Origin: Bacteroidota bacterium
GTDB lineage: Bacteria > Bacteroidota > Bacteroidia > AKYH767-A > OLB10
Assembly: GCA_043758125.1 (NCBI GenBank)
Contig: JAYVOC010000258.1
Location: forward strand, 1 to 45,317
DNA length: 45,317 bases
Direction: 5' to 3'
Shown here: positions 19,714-28,441 of the stretch, piece by piece
Layout of the letters: each line of letters opens with the position of its first letter
Position numbering within the stretch: position 1 is the first letter of the stretch
Position numbers and translations under genes: made by a program
Notes under the pieces: generated by a model
What the model was told of the DNA's origin: nothing
The model's input: the letters and a program-made list of their open reading frames with translations, nothing else
Database searches by the model: none

Positions 19714-20550
19714 ATGCAAAAAACATTAATGCTCTTCGCAGTTTTATTATTAACCTTAAATGCTTCTTTTGCACAAAGAAAACCAAGTGATCCGAAACAC
19801 GAAAATCATTATGCAGTAAAAGCAATTGTAAATGATGATTATGCAATTGAATTTGTTGATGCGCAATCACAACAAGAATTCTCATTGGTAAAAATTACGA
19901 TCACCAATAAAACTGCTGATTATCTCTATTTCAAAGGCACAGATTCGAAATTTATTTTCGATTTTGGTTCGGTTAGCCCAACTGGTGGATTACTGAATAG
20001 AATTGATTTTTTTATTAAGCCTAATGATCATGAATCGAAAACATTAAAAGTAACAGGTGGCAAAAATTTTCATGTCGACAAATTAAAATTGGATCTGAAT
20101 TGCCTTTATAAAATTGCAATCAATGGTAAGAAATTAAAAGTTCCAGACTTTCAATTACCAGCATCAAAAAATACATTTACGACAGGAGATTTTCATTGCT
20201 CTTTGGAGAAATCAAAACAAACGACAAAAGAAACAGCTGCTGAATTTAAGTGTACTTATACTGGGAAAGATATTGGTTTAGTAAATTCATCTCAACTTTC
20301 TGTGAAGTTAAAAGACGGACAAGAGTTTGCAAATAATGGTAGTAAAGACAAATTAGAAATTCTTCGTCCTAATGATGACTGTAAATTTTATGCAGTATTT
20401 AATATTCCCGGAAAAATCGCTGACATGCAATTCACCGTTTTGAATATAAATTGGAATGATACATTTGGTGAATCTGCAATGAAACCATTGAAAGTTCCAG
20501 TCTCCGATTTAACATTGGATGAAGGATTAACGATACTAAAAAATAAGTAA
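19714..20550 (+). CDS. Secreted hypothetical protein with two similar beta-sandwich-like halves
   Basis: Signal peptide MQKTLMLFAVLLLTLNASFA-Q; repeated pattern (IKPND / LRPND). Confidence 0.8.
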   Translation: MQKTLMLFAVLLLTLNASFAQRKPSDPKHENHYAVKAIVNDDYAIEFVDAQSQQEFSLVKITITNKTADYLYFKGTDSKFIFDFGSVSPTGGLLNRIDFFIKPNDHESKTLKVTGGKNFHVDKLKLDLNCLYKIAINGKKLKVPDFQLPASKNTFTTGDFHCSLEKSKQTTKETAAEFKCTYTGKDIGLVNSSQLSVKLKDGQEFANNGSKDKLEILRPNDDCKFYAVFNIPGKIADMQFTVLNINWNDTFGESAMKPLKVPVSDLTLDEGLTILKNK

Positions 20551-20612
20551 TTCAAAATTTGATAATTGCAATTAAAAAATATAAATCGATTAATTTTTAA
20601 TCTATTTCGAAA

Positions 20613-21884
20613 ATGAAAAGAGAGCAAGTTGATGTGTTGGTAATTGGTGCGGGTCCATCAGGAACAGTTGCCGCATCCATCATTAAGAAAGGTGGTTTTA
20701 ATGTTAAGATTGTAGAGAAATTGAAATTTCCTCGTTTCGTAATTGGAGAAAGTCTTTTACCGAGATGCATGGAGCCATTGGAAGAGGCAGGATTTTTACC
20801 AGCCTTAAAAGCCAAAGGGTTTCAAGAAAAATTCGGTGCTAAGTTCGTGAAAGATGGAAAAATTTGTGACTTCAATTTCTCAAATAAATTTTCTGAAGGA
20901 TGGTCATGGACATGGCAAGTTCCTAGATCAGAATTTGATAAAACTTTATGTGATGAAGTTCAGAAAATGGATATCGCAATCGATTTCGAAACTGGTGTAA
21001 CGGATATAAAATTCAATGGTAGTGATTCAGTAACAACCGTTGAAAATAGCAGTGGAGAAAAAAGTGAAATTGAAGCCAAATTTATAATCGACGCAAGTGG
21101 ATATGGAAGAGTAATTCCGAAATTATTTAACCTCGACAAACCATCCAATTTACCACCTCGTAAAACACTTTTCGCTCATATCAAAGATTTAAATCGTGCA
21201 AATTATGACGAACCAAATCGTATTACAATCGTAATTCATAAAAGAGATGTTTGGATTTGGATTATTCCTTTCTCGAATGGAATTACTTCCGTTGGTTTTG
21301 TAGGTAGTCCTGAGTTTTTTGAAAAGATGGAAGGTAACACAAGCGAAAAGTTAAAGGCCTTTATCGAAACAGAACCTGAATTAAATGTTCGTTTTAAAGA
21401 TTGTGAATTTATTTTCGAAGCTAAGACAATTGAAGGTTGGTCAACATCAACGAATAAATTCTTTGGTGATGGTTTTGTACTTACTGGAAATGTTACAGAA
21501 TTTCTTGATCCAGTTTTTTCTTCAGGTGTTACGTTAGCAACAGTATCCGGACATAAAGCAGCGAAATTAGTTTGTCAACAGCTAAATGGAGAATCTGTTA
21601 ATTGGCAAGAAGATTATACTGATTACATGATGCAAGGTGTAAATACATTCCGCTCTTATGTGATGGGATGGTACGATGGTCATCTTCAAGATATTTTCTT
21701 TGCAAAAAATCCAAACGAACAAATTCAACAACAGATCTGCTCTGTATTAGCTGGATATGTTTGGGATACCAATAATCCATTAATAAAAAATCACAGTCGC
21801 ATATTAAAAACCATCGCTCATGTGATAAAGATGGAAGAAGCGGAAGTAGATAAAAATTTGGCAGAAGGATTGACGGAGATTTAA
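20613..21884 (+). CDS. Flavin-dependent halogenase-family oxidoreductase
   Basis: GAGPSG, FPRFVIGESLLP, GFQEKFGA (candidate catalytic Lys), WIWIIP (WxWxIP), FLDPVFSSGV. Confidence 0.85.
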   Translation: MKREQVDVLVIGAGPSGTVAASIIKKGGFNVKIVEKLKFPRFVIGESLLPRCMEPLEEAGFLPALKAKGFQEKFGAKFVKDGKICDFNFSNKFSEGWSWTWQVPRSEFDKTLCDEVQKMDIAIDFETGVTDIKFNGSDSVTTVENSSGEKSEIEAKFIIDASGYGRVIPKLFNLDKPSNLPPRKTLFAHIKDLNRANYDEPNRITIVIHKRDVWIWIIPFSNGITSVGFVGSPEFFEKMEGNTSEKLKAFIETEPELNVRFKDCEFIFEAKTIEGWSTSTNKFFGDGFVLTGNVTEFLDPVFSSGVTLATVSGHKAAKLVCQQLNGESVNWQEDYTDYMMQGVNTFRSYVMGWYDGHLQDIFFAKNPNEQIQQQICSVLAGYVWDTNNPLIKNHSRILKTIAHVIKMEEAEVDKNLAEGLTEI

Positions 21885-22131
21885 TTGTATGAATCATATT
21901 AGAAAAGATTTACAGAAGTTACAGTATTGTTTTTTACTTGCGTAATGCATTTGGTTAGGTTCGGTAATTCATCAAATAAAATTTATGAATTCCGTAAAAT
22001 TTTCATTTAAAATGACTTTCAGAACTGCAAATTTTACTGCTTGTACTTAAATTCTGCTAATACTTTATTCTGATAGTTTTAAGAACAGTTTCTGATAAAA
22101 ATAAATCTTCAAATCTCACTCTAATGAATAG

Positions 22132-22163
22132 TTTGTGAAGCAATAATAATTACGCTACTTTTG
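22132..22163 (+). promoter_or_regulatory. Bacteroidota sigma-A promoter upstream of the TAL gene
   Basis: TTTG (22132-22135), 20 nt spacer, TACTTTTG (22156-22163): full consensus at canonical spacing. Confidence 0.7.
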
Positions 22164-22172
22164 AGGTCTCCC

Positions 22173-22202
22173 AAAAAGAGCATTTCATCGATGCTCTTTT
22201 TT
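22173..22202 (+). terminator. Terminator-like perfect hairpin (potentially bidirectional) upstream of the TAL start
   Basis: AAAAAGAGCAT-TTCATCG-ATGCTCTTTTT(T): 11-bp perfect inverted repeat with A and T tracts. Confidence 0.6.
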
Positions 22203-22232
22203 AAATTAAATCAAATTTCTATATTTTTTGAT

Positions 22233-23777
22233 ATGATTCCAATAGGTGACAAACCATTGACTTTAAGTGATATGTATGCTGTTCTGTATGAGAATCAGAA
22301 GGTGAAACTATCTGAAAAGGCATTGAAAATGGTGAATGAGAGTTATATTTTTTTAAATGAATTCTCAAATGGGAAACTCATTTATGGGATAAATACTGGC
22401 TTTGGACCTATGGCGCAGTATAAAATCAAGGACAAAGATCTCAAACAACTACAATTTAATCTCATCCGAAGCCATTGCTCCGGCTCTGGTAATTTACTCT
22501 CGCCTCTCGATACTAAATCATTGATGATAGTGCGTTTGTCGTCACTCATGCAAGGCTACTCAGGCGTGAATAAGGAGTTGGTTCAAATTCTAAAAGAGCT
22601 TATCAATAAGGATATTTATCCGTGTATCTATGAGCACGGTGGCGTAGGCGCAAGTGGTGATTTGGTGCAGCTTGCTCATCTTGCATTGACTTTGATTGGT
22701 GAAGGGGAGGTTTGGTACAACGGTAAAATTTGTGATACCGCAAGTGTGTACAAGAAGGAAAAAATTAAAGCACTTTCGATCCATAAACGTGAAGGTATTG
22801 CGGTATTAAATGGTACTGCGGCAATGACTGGTATCGCTGCCATAAATTTACTTTACGCTAAAAAATTAGTGAATTGGTCAGTCATTTTTTCGACAATGAT
22901 TAATGAACTTGTTGAAGCTTTTGACGATCATTTTTCTACAGAATTAAATAATGTAAAACCGCATAAAGGTCAGCGACGTGTTGCTGCGGCGATGCAAAAA
23001 ATTTCCGCAAAGAGTAAGTTGATCAAAAAACGTTCTGACATTTTATACCAAAGTGTCAACATCGAAACACAAGATATTTTAACAGAAAAAGTGCAAGAGT
23101 ATTATTCGTTGAGATGTGTTCCGCAAATTCTAGGACCTATTTTCGATTCGATTGAGTACGCAGAAATGGTGGTGATGAACGAAGTTAATTCGGTAAATGA
23201 CAATCCAATTATCGATGCGAAAAACAAAGATGTTTATCATGGTGGAAATTTTCATGGTGATTATGTAGCCTTGGAAATGGACAAACTTAAAATTGCAATT
23301 ACCAAGTTAACAATGCTTTCCGAACGTCAGTTGAACTATTTATTGAATGATAAGTTAAATCAGAAACTACCAGCTTTTTTAAACCTTGGTACGTTAGGTT
23401 TAAATTACGGTATGCAGGGAATGCAGTTTACCGCAACCTCAACAGTTGCCGAATGTCAAACGCTTTCGATGCCTGCTTACGTTCATAGTATCCCAAATAA
23501 TAACGATAATCAAGATGTGGTTAGCATGGGGACGAATGCTGCATTGATCACAAGAAAGGTTATAGAGAATGCTTTCGAAGTGCTTTCTATACACGCCATC
23601 GCAGTAATTCAAGCTGTTGATGGAATCGATTGTTCCGATCTCCTTTCCCCATTTTCGAAAAAGATTTATAAAAAGCTTAGAGATATTTGTCCTGTAATTT
23701 CCTCCGACCGACCGATGTATAAAAACATGAAATCTGTACGAGAATTCTTGAAGCAAGAGAATAACGATATACTATAA
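22233..23777 (+). CDS. flxA: Tyrosine ammonia-lyase (MIO aromatic amino acid lyase, FjTAL-like)
   Basis: IYGINTGFG, GASGD (MIO-forming ASG), QEYYSLRCVPQ, NDNP, GGNFHG, NQDVVSMG. Closely resembles Flavobacterium johnsoniae TAL as I recall it. Start set at ATG 22233. Confidence 0.88.
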   Translation: MIPIGDKPLTLSDMYAVLYENQKVKLSEKALKMVNESYIFLNEFSNGKLIYGINTGFGPMAQYKIKDKDLKQLQFNLIRSHCSGSGNLLSPLDTKSLMIVRLSSLMQGYSGVNKELVQILKELINKDIYPCIYEHGGVGASGDLVQLAHLALTLIGEGEVWYNGKICDTASVYKKEKIKALSIHKREGIAVLNGTAAMTGIAAINLLYAKKLVNWSVIFSTMINELVEAFDDHFSTELNNVKPHKGQRRVAAAMQKISAKSKLIKKRSDILYQSVNIETQDILTEKVQEYYSLRCVPQILGPIFDSIEYAEMVVMNEVNSVNDNPIIDAKNKDVYHGGNFHGDYVALEMDKLKIAITKLTMLSERQLNYLLNDKLNQKLPAFLNLGTLGLNYGMQGMQFTATSTVAECQTLSMPAYVHSIPNNNDNQDVVSMGTNAALITRKVIENAFEVLSIHAIAVIQAVDGIDCSDLLSPFSKKIYKKLRDICPVISSDRPMYKNMKSVREFLKQENNDIL

Positions 23778-23787
23778 AATCAATTTA

Positions 23788-24522
23788 TTGACTGTGAAAT
23801 ACGCATTAATAACAGGAGGATCAAGAGGCATCGGACGTGCAGTTAGTTATAAGCTTGCGCAGATGAATTACAACATCTTGTTAAATTATAAGAGCAATGA
23901 TGTAGAAGCTCAAATCACTAAAGAATTGATTGAATCGGCTGGTGTTGTTTGTACTTTATTAAAATTTGATGTCTCAAATAAGGAAGAAGTTGATGAAATC
24001 CTATTAGGATGGATCGAAAAAAATCCAGAGAATATAATTGAAGTGCTTGTAAACAATGCTGGTATAAGAGAGGACAATCTATTGATGTGGATGACAGAAG
24101 CGCAATGGAAAAATGTTATCTCAACAAGCCTCGATTCTTTTTATTATGTAACACGTCATGTGATTAACCAAATGCTAGTAAAGAAATTTGGAAGAGTAAT
24201 AAATATGGTATCCTTGTCGGGATTAAAAGGATTGCCTGGGCAAACAAATTATTCGGCTGCAAAAGCTGGATTGATAGGTGCGACAAAAGCTCTCGCTCAA
24301 GAAGTTGCTCGTAGAGGTGTTACAGTTAATGCCATCGCTCCTGGATTTATCCAAACAGAAATGACAGCAGGATTGGATGAGAAAACTTTATGTGCGATGA
24401 TTCCCATGAAACGGTTTGGAAAAGCAGAAGAAGTGGCAGAAGCTGTTGCCTTTTTCGCATCACCCGGCTCATCCTACATTACTGGCGAAGTATTGAATAT
24501 TAATGGAGGCTTATACTCCTAA
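23788..24522 (+). CDS. fabG: 3-oxoacyl-ACP reductase
   Basis: TGGSRGIG, NNAG, YSAAK, NGG; TTG start. Confidence 0.95.
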   Translation: MTVKYALITGGSRGIGRAVSYKLAQMNYNILLNYKSNDVEAQITKELIESAGVVCTLLKFDVSNKEEVDEILLGWIEKNPENIIEVLVNNAGIREDNLLMWMTEAQWKNVISTSLDSFYYVTRHVINQMLVKKFGRVINMVSLSGLKGLPGQTNYSAAKAGLIGATKALAQEVARRGVTVNAIAPGFIQTEMTAGLDEKTLCAMIPMKRFGKAEEVAEAVAFFASPGSSYITGEVLNINGGLYS

Positions 24523-24543
24523 TTGGAAAAATTACAGATGACC

Positions 24544-24551
24544 TATATTTG
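24544..24551 (+). promoter_or_regulatory. Internal -7 element (TATATTTG) upstream of the KS at 24557
   Basis: Exact TAnnTTTG in a 34-nt intergenic gap, TTG about 18 nt upstream, 5 nt before the ATG. Confidence 0.5.
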
Positions 24552-24556
24552 TTGAA

Positions 24557-25783
24557 ATGAAGAGAGTTGTTATCACAGGCATTGGAATTTATTCTTGCAT
24601 TGGTCATAATATTGAGGAAGTAAGAAACTCACTTTATACTGGCAAATCAGGGATTGTACTCGATCTTGAGCGTAAAGATTTTGGTTATCGATCAGGTTTA
24701 ACAGGATCTGTACCGAGACCTTATTTAAAAGAATTACTCGACAGAAGAGCTCGAATAATGCTTCCTGAGCAAGGTGAATTTGCATACATGGCTACTCTAG
24801 AAGCCTTAAAAATGGCGGGACTCGATTTAGATTTTCTTGATAATAACGAAGTAGGAATCATTTATGGAAATGATAGTTCAGCAAAACCTGTGATGGAAGC
24901 TGTTGATATTATTCGATTAAAAAAAGATACTTTATTGGTTGGATCAGGATCGGTTTTTCAAACTATGAATTCAACAGTAACGATGAATCTCTCTACTATT
25001 TTTAAGTTGAAAGGTATCAATTATACGATTAGTGCAGCTTGCGCGAGTGGTTCGCATGCCATTGGAACAGGTTATCATTTTATACGCACTGGCTTGCAAG
25101 ACATGATCGTTTGCGGAGGTGCCCAAGAGGTAAATATTTATTCTATGGGGAATTTTGATGCACTTTCAGCATTCTCAATTCGTGAACATGAACCTACAAA
25201 AGCTTCTCGACCTTTTGATCGTGATCGAGATGGATTGGTTCCGAGCGGAGGTGCAGCAACAGTGATTTTAGAAAGCTTGGATTCTGCTCTTGCAAGAGGT
25301 GCAAATATTCTCGGCGAAGTGATTGGTTATGGCTTTTCATCTAATGGAGGTCATATTTCTAATCCTACCGTTGATGGTCCTGCAAAAGCGATCACTATGT
25401 CGTTAAAAGACTCTGGAATTAAAGCTTCCGATGTAGATTATATTAATGCACATGCTACTTCAACTCCTGTGGGAGATGCGAAAGAAGCTAAAGCAATCGA
25501 TTCCGTTTTTGGTGAATCTCGACCACCAGTAAGTTCAACAAAATCAATGACCGGTCACGAGTGTTGGATGTCGGGAGCCAGTGAAATAGTTTATTCAATT
25601 TTGATGATGAGAGATGGTTTTATCGCTCCAAATATTAACTTTGAAAATCCTGATGAGGATTCAGCAAAACTAAATATCGCCGATAAAACGATCGATAAAA
25701 ATATAGACATCTTCCTTTCCAACTCTTTTGGATTTGGCGGAACGAATTCATCATTGATAATAAAAAAAAGTATCAATAAGTAA
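24557..25783 (+). CDS. Beta-ketoacyl-ACP synthase (FabB/F-like)
   Basis: AACASG, HATST, KSMTGHECW, NSFGFGG. Confidence 0.95.
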   Translation: MKRVVITGIGIYSCIGHNIEEVRNSLYTGKSGIVLDLERKDFGYRSGLTGSVPRPYLKELLDRRARIMLPEQGEFAYMATLEALKMAGLDLDFLDNNEVGIIYGNDSSAKPVMEAVDIIRLKKDTLLVGSGSVFQTMNSTVTMNLSTIFKLKGINYTISAACASGSHAIGTGYHFIRTGLQDMIVCGGAQEVNIYSMGNFDALSAFSIREHEPTKASRPFDRDRDGLVPSGGAATVILESLDSALARGANILGEVIGYGFSSNGGHISNPTVDGPAKAITMSLKDSGIKASDVDYINAHATSTPVGDAKEAKAIDSVFGESRPPVSSTKSMTGHECWMSGASEIVYSILMMRDGFIAPNINFENPDEDSAKLNIADKTIDKNIDIFLSNSFGFGGTNSSLIIKKSINK

Positions 25784-25793
25784 ATAGTACAAA

Positions 25794-26042
25794 ATGGAAA
25801 CTGCAGAAATAGTTAGTAAGATTAATCACTTTTTAGTTGAAGAGTTTGAAGTAGATATTGAAAAAATTGTACCCGAAGCAAACCTTCGCGAAACACTTCA
25901 ATTAGACAGTCTTGATTATATAGACTTAGTTGTTGTAATTGAAAGCAATTTCGGCTTCAAAGTGAAAGCCGAAGACTTTACAGATATCGTTACCTTCCAA
26001 AGTTTCTACGACTATGTAGAAAATAAGTTAGCAGTAAAATAA
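25794..26042 (+). CDS. Acyl carrier protein (ACP2; DarC-like candidate)
   Basis: 82 aa, acidic, LQLDSLD. A different subtype from ACP1/ACP3. Confidence 0.93.
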   Translation: METAEIVSKINHFLVEEFEVDIEKIVPEANLRETLQLDSLDYIDLVVVIESNFGFKVKAEDFTDIVTFQSFYDYVENKLAVK

Positions 26043-26920
26043 TGCCGCAGTGGCAGGGTAAGTCAAAAGGTACTACTAATGGACACAAATTTTTTGTATT
26101 CATTATTAAAAGATTTGGAATAAAAATCTCGTATTTTATTTTACGATTTGTAGCAGCTTATTATTTATTCTTTTCATCGAAAACTTCAAAACCAGTTCTT
26201 GATTTTTATCGTGACACGCTAAAGTTTTCTCGGCTTAAGTCATTCATCATGTTATATCAAAACTACAGGATCCTTGGTCAAACACTCATCGACAAAACAG
26301 CAATGATGGCAGGAATCCCTATCAATTTTACTTTTAACTTTGATGGTGAAGAAGCACTACGAGAAATGATTTCACAAAATAAAGGTGGTTTATTGATGAG
26401 TGGTCATGTTGGAAATTGGGAAGCTGCCGGACATCTGTTAAAACGGCTAAACACCCGTATCAATATCGTAATGTATGATGGCGAAGATGAACAGCTAAAA
26501 AATTATATGGATGGAATTACGGGTGAAAAAACATTTAATATAATTTATGTTAACAAAGATTTATCGCATATCTATAAAATTATTCAAGCATTAAATCAAA
26601 ATGAAATAGTATGCATTCATGCAGATAGATTTTTACCTGATAATAAAACTATCACTTGCGATTTCTTTAATATGCCTGCTAAATTTCCCGAAGGACCATT
26701 TTTGATTGCACTTAAATTAAAAGTACCTATCACGTATGTTTATGCCTTCAAAGAAAGTTCAATACATTATCATTTCTTCTCAACACCTATAAAATATTTC
26801 GATTCAAAAAAAGGCGATTCAGTACAAAGTATCGCTAATGATTTTGCATATAGTTTACAAGAAATGGTGAAGAAATATCCCGAACAGTGGTTTAACTATT
26901 ATGATTTCTGGAAACAATAA
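26042..26920 (+). CDS. LpxL/HtrB-like (lipid A late acyltransferase family) acyltransferase
   Basis: GHVGNWE (Hx4E), ADR, FPEGP, YPEQWFNYY. Confidence 0.9.
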   Translation: MPQWQGKSKGTTNGHKFFVFIIKRFGIKISYFILRFVAAYYLFFSSKTSKPVLDFYRDTLKFSRLKSFIMLYQNYRILGQTLIDKTAMMAGIPINFTFNFDGEEALREMISQNKGGLLMSGHVGNWEAAGHLLKRLNTRINIVMYDGEDEQLKNYMDGITGEKTFNIIYVNKDLSHIYKIIQALNQNEIVCIHADRFLPDNKTITCDFFNMPAKFPEGPFLIALKLKVPITYVYAFKESSIHYHFFSTPIKYFDSKKGDSVQSIANDFAYSLQEMVKKYPEQWFNYYDFWKQ

Positions 26921-26922
26921 TT

Positions 26923-27348
26923 ATGTTAGCGAACGGAATTGAAGTACATGAATTTATTCCACAACGTCCTCCCGTTGTGATGATCGATAAACTCATATTT
27001 TCAGATGTAGAGAAAGTGATATCTGGATTTACTGTTTTAAGTGATTGCATCTTTTGTGAAGATGGTGACCTTTCTGCAAGTGGTATGGTGGAGAACATCG
27101 CACAAACAGCAGCAGCAGGTGTAGGTTATGTTTGCAAGATGGAAAACAAACCCGTTCCTATTGGATTCATTGCTTCAATAAAAGATTTAAAAATTCACAG
27201 ATTACCTCCTATTGGCGCTGAATTAATGACAGAAATAAATATAACCAACCAAATAATGGATATTACAATTGTTAAAGGTACTATTACACTTAACAATAAA
27301 ATATTAGCTGAATGTGAAATGAGAATTTTCGTTAAACCAAATGAATAA
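26923..27348 (+). CDS. Hotdog-fold dehydratase, ApeP-like
   Basis: IPQRPPVVMID, ENIAQTAAA, PIGFI. Confidence 0.85.
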   Translation: MLANGIEVHEFIPQRPPVVMIDKLIFSDVEKVISGFTVLSDCIFCEDGDLSASGMVENIAQTAAAGVGYVCKMENKPVPIGFIASIKDLKIHRLPPIGAELMTEINITNQIMDITIVKGTITLNNKILAECEMRIFVKPNE

Positions 27349-27357
27349 ATTAACATC

Positions 27358-28014
27358 ATGAAAAAAATATCTTATAGAAAATTGTTGACTTTAGTACTAA
27401 GTTTTTCAACAATTTTTAATTCTCTATTTGCTCAATCAAGAGCGGAAGCATTCTCCTCCCAAACTCCCATTACCTGGCTTGGTGTTGATTTTTCTGAAGC
27501 GAAATACTTTGGCGATCCAGGAACTGTTAGTCAGGAGCAAATGAAAACAATGACGATTAACATTAATTATCTTTTGATTAATGAAACAGAAAAATATGAT
27601 TTCCACAAAACGTTTGAAAAGGAAACTATCATAAACGACATTAAAGAAATTAGCGAAATCAACAATTCCATTGATGCAACAAAAATTATGTCGTTGGACA
27701 TGCAAGATTATACTCGATTTAATCCAACTTCGATTCAAACAATGGTAAGCAAATATAACTTCGAATCAAACAAAGGGATCGGTTTGGTGTTTGTTATGGA
27801 AGGAATGAATAAAACGATTGAAGAAGGTGCATTTTGGGTAACCTATATTAACATGAGTGATAAATCAGTGTTGTTCACTGAACGTGTTACCGGAAAAGGC
27901 TTTGGTTTTGGCTATAGAAATCATTGGGCTGGCTCCATCCTAAATGGAATGAAAGACATTAAATCAAACCGATACAAAAAATGGAAAACGGGAACCTTAC
28001 CAAAAGGGAAATAA
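27358..28014 (+). CDS. Secreted hypothetical protein
   Basis: Signal peptide ending SLFA-Q; WLGVDFS and GFGYRNHWAGS; embedded in the operon. Confidence 0.8.
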   Translation: MKKISYRKLLTLVLSFSTIFNSLFAQSRAEAFSSQTPITWLGVDFSEAKYFGDPGTVSQEQMKTMTININYLLINETEKYDFHKTFEKETIINDIKEISEINNSIDATKIMSLDMQDYTRFNPTSIQTMVSKYNFESNKGIGLVFVMEGMNKTIEEGAFWVTYINMSDKSVLFTERVTGKGFGFGYRNHWAGSILNGMKDIKSNRYKKWKTGTLPKGK

Positions 28015-28015
28015 T

Positions 28016-28435
28016 ATGCTATCAGCGATAACAGAAATTAAAGTTCGATTTAATGAAGTAGATCCTTTAGGAATCACGTGGCATGGTCATTATATTACCT
28101 ATTTTGAACTTGGAAGAGAAGCCTTTGGTGAGAAGTTCCAATTAAGTTACATGGAAATATACCGACAAGGTTTTGTTGCTCCTATCGTAAATATAAATTG
28201 CGATTATAAGCGATCATTAAAATATGGTGATAAAGCAATTGTTGAAACAACATTCATTGACCATCCTGCTGCAAAAATAATATTCAATTATAAAATTTAT
28301 TTACCAATCACAAACGAAATCATCGCAACGGGATCATCAGTTCAAGTATTTTTAGATGGAGAAAATCGTCAATTGCAAATTGTACGACCAAATTTTTTTG
28401 AAATTTGGAGAAAAGAACATCAACTTTTCAATTAA
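28016..28435 (+). CDS. 4HBT/YbgC-like acyl-CoA/ACP thioesterase (ApeK-like)
   Basis: VRFNEVDPLGITWHGHYITYFELGRE. Confidence 0.92.
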   Translation: MLSAITEIKVRFNEVDPLGITWHGHYITYFELGREAFGEKFQLSYMEIYRQGFVAPIVNINCDYKRSLKYGDKAIVETTFIDHPAAKIIFNYKIYLPITNEIIATGSSVQVFLDGENRQLQIVRPNFFEIWRKEHQLFN

Positions 28436-28441
28436 GTAATC

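Noticed and set aside
22161-22232. Extended N-termini in the ORF track (TAL from 22161; also starts 1985, 1980, 6256, 8702, 18284, 33520, 37890)
   Set aside because: The extensions run through promoter or hairpin elements or overlap upstream genes. Downstream ATGs give proper signal peptides or family-typical N-termini.
22233-23777. Histidine utilisation (hutH)
   Set aside because: No hutU/I/G genes nearby. The sequence resembles FjTAL and is followed by PKS genes.
26042-26920. Lipid A biosynthesis locus
   Set aside because: A single LpxL-family gene coupled to an ACP inside the pigment operon, with no other lpx genes.
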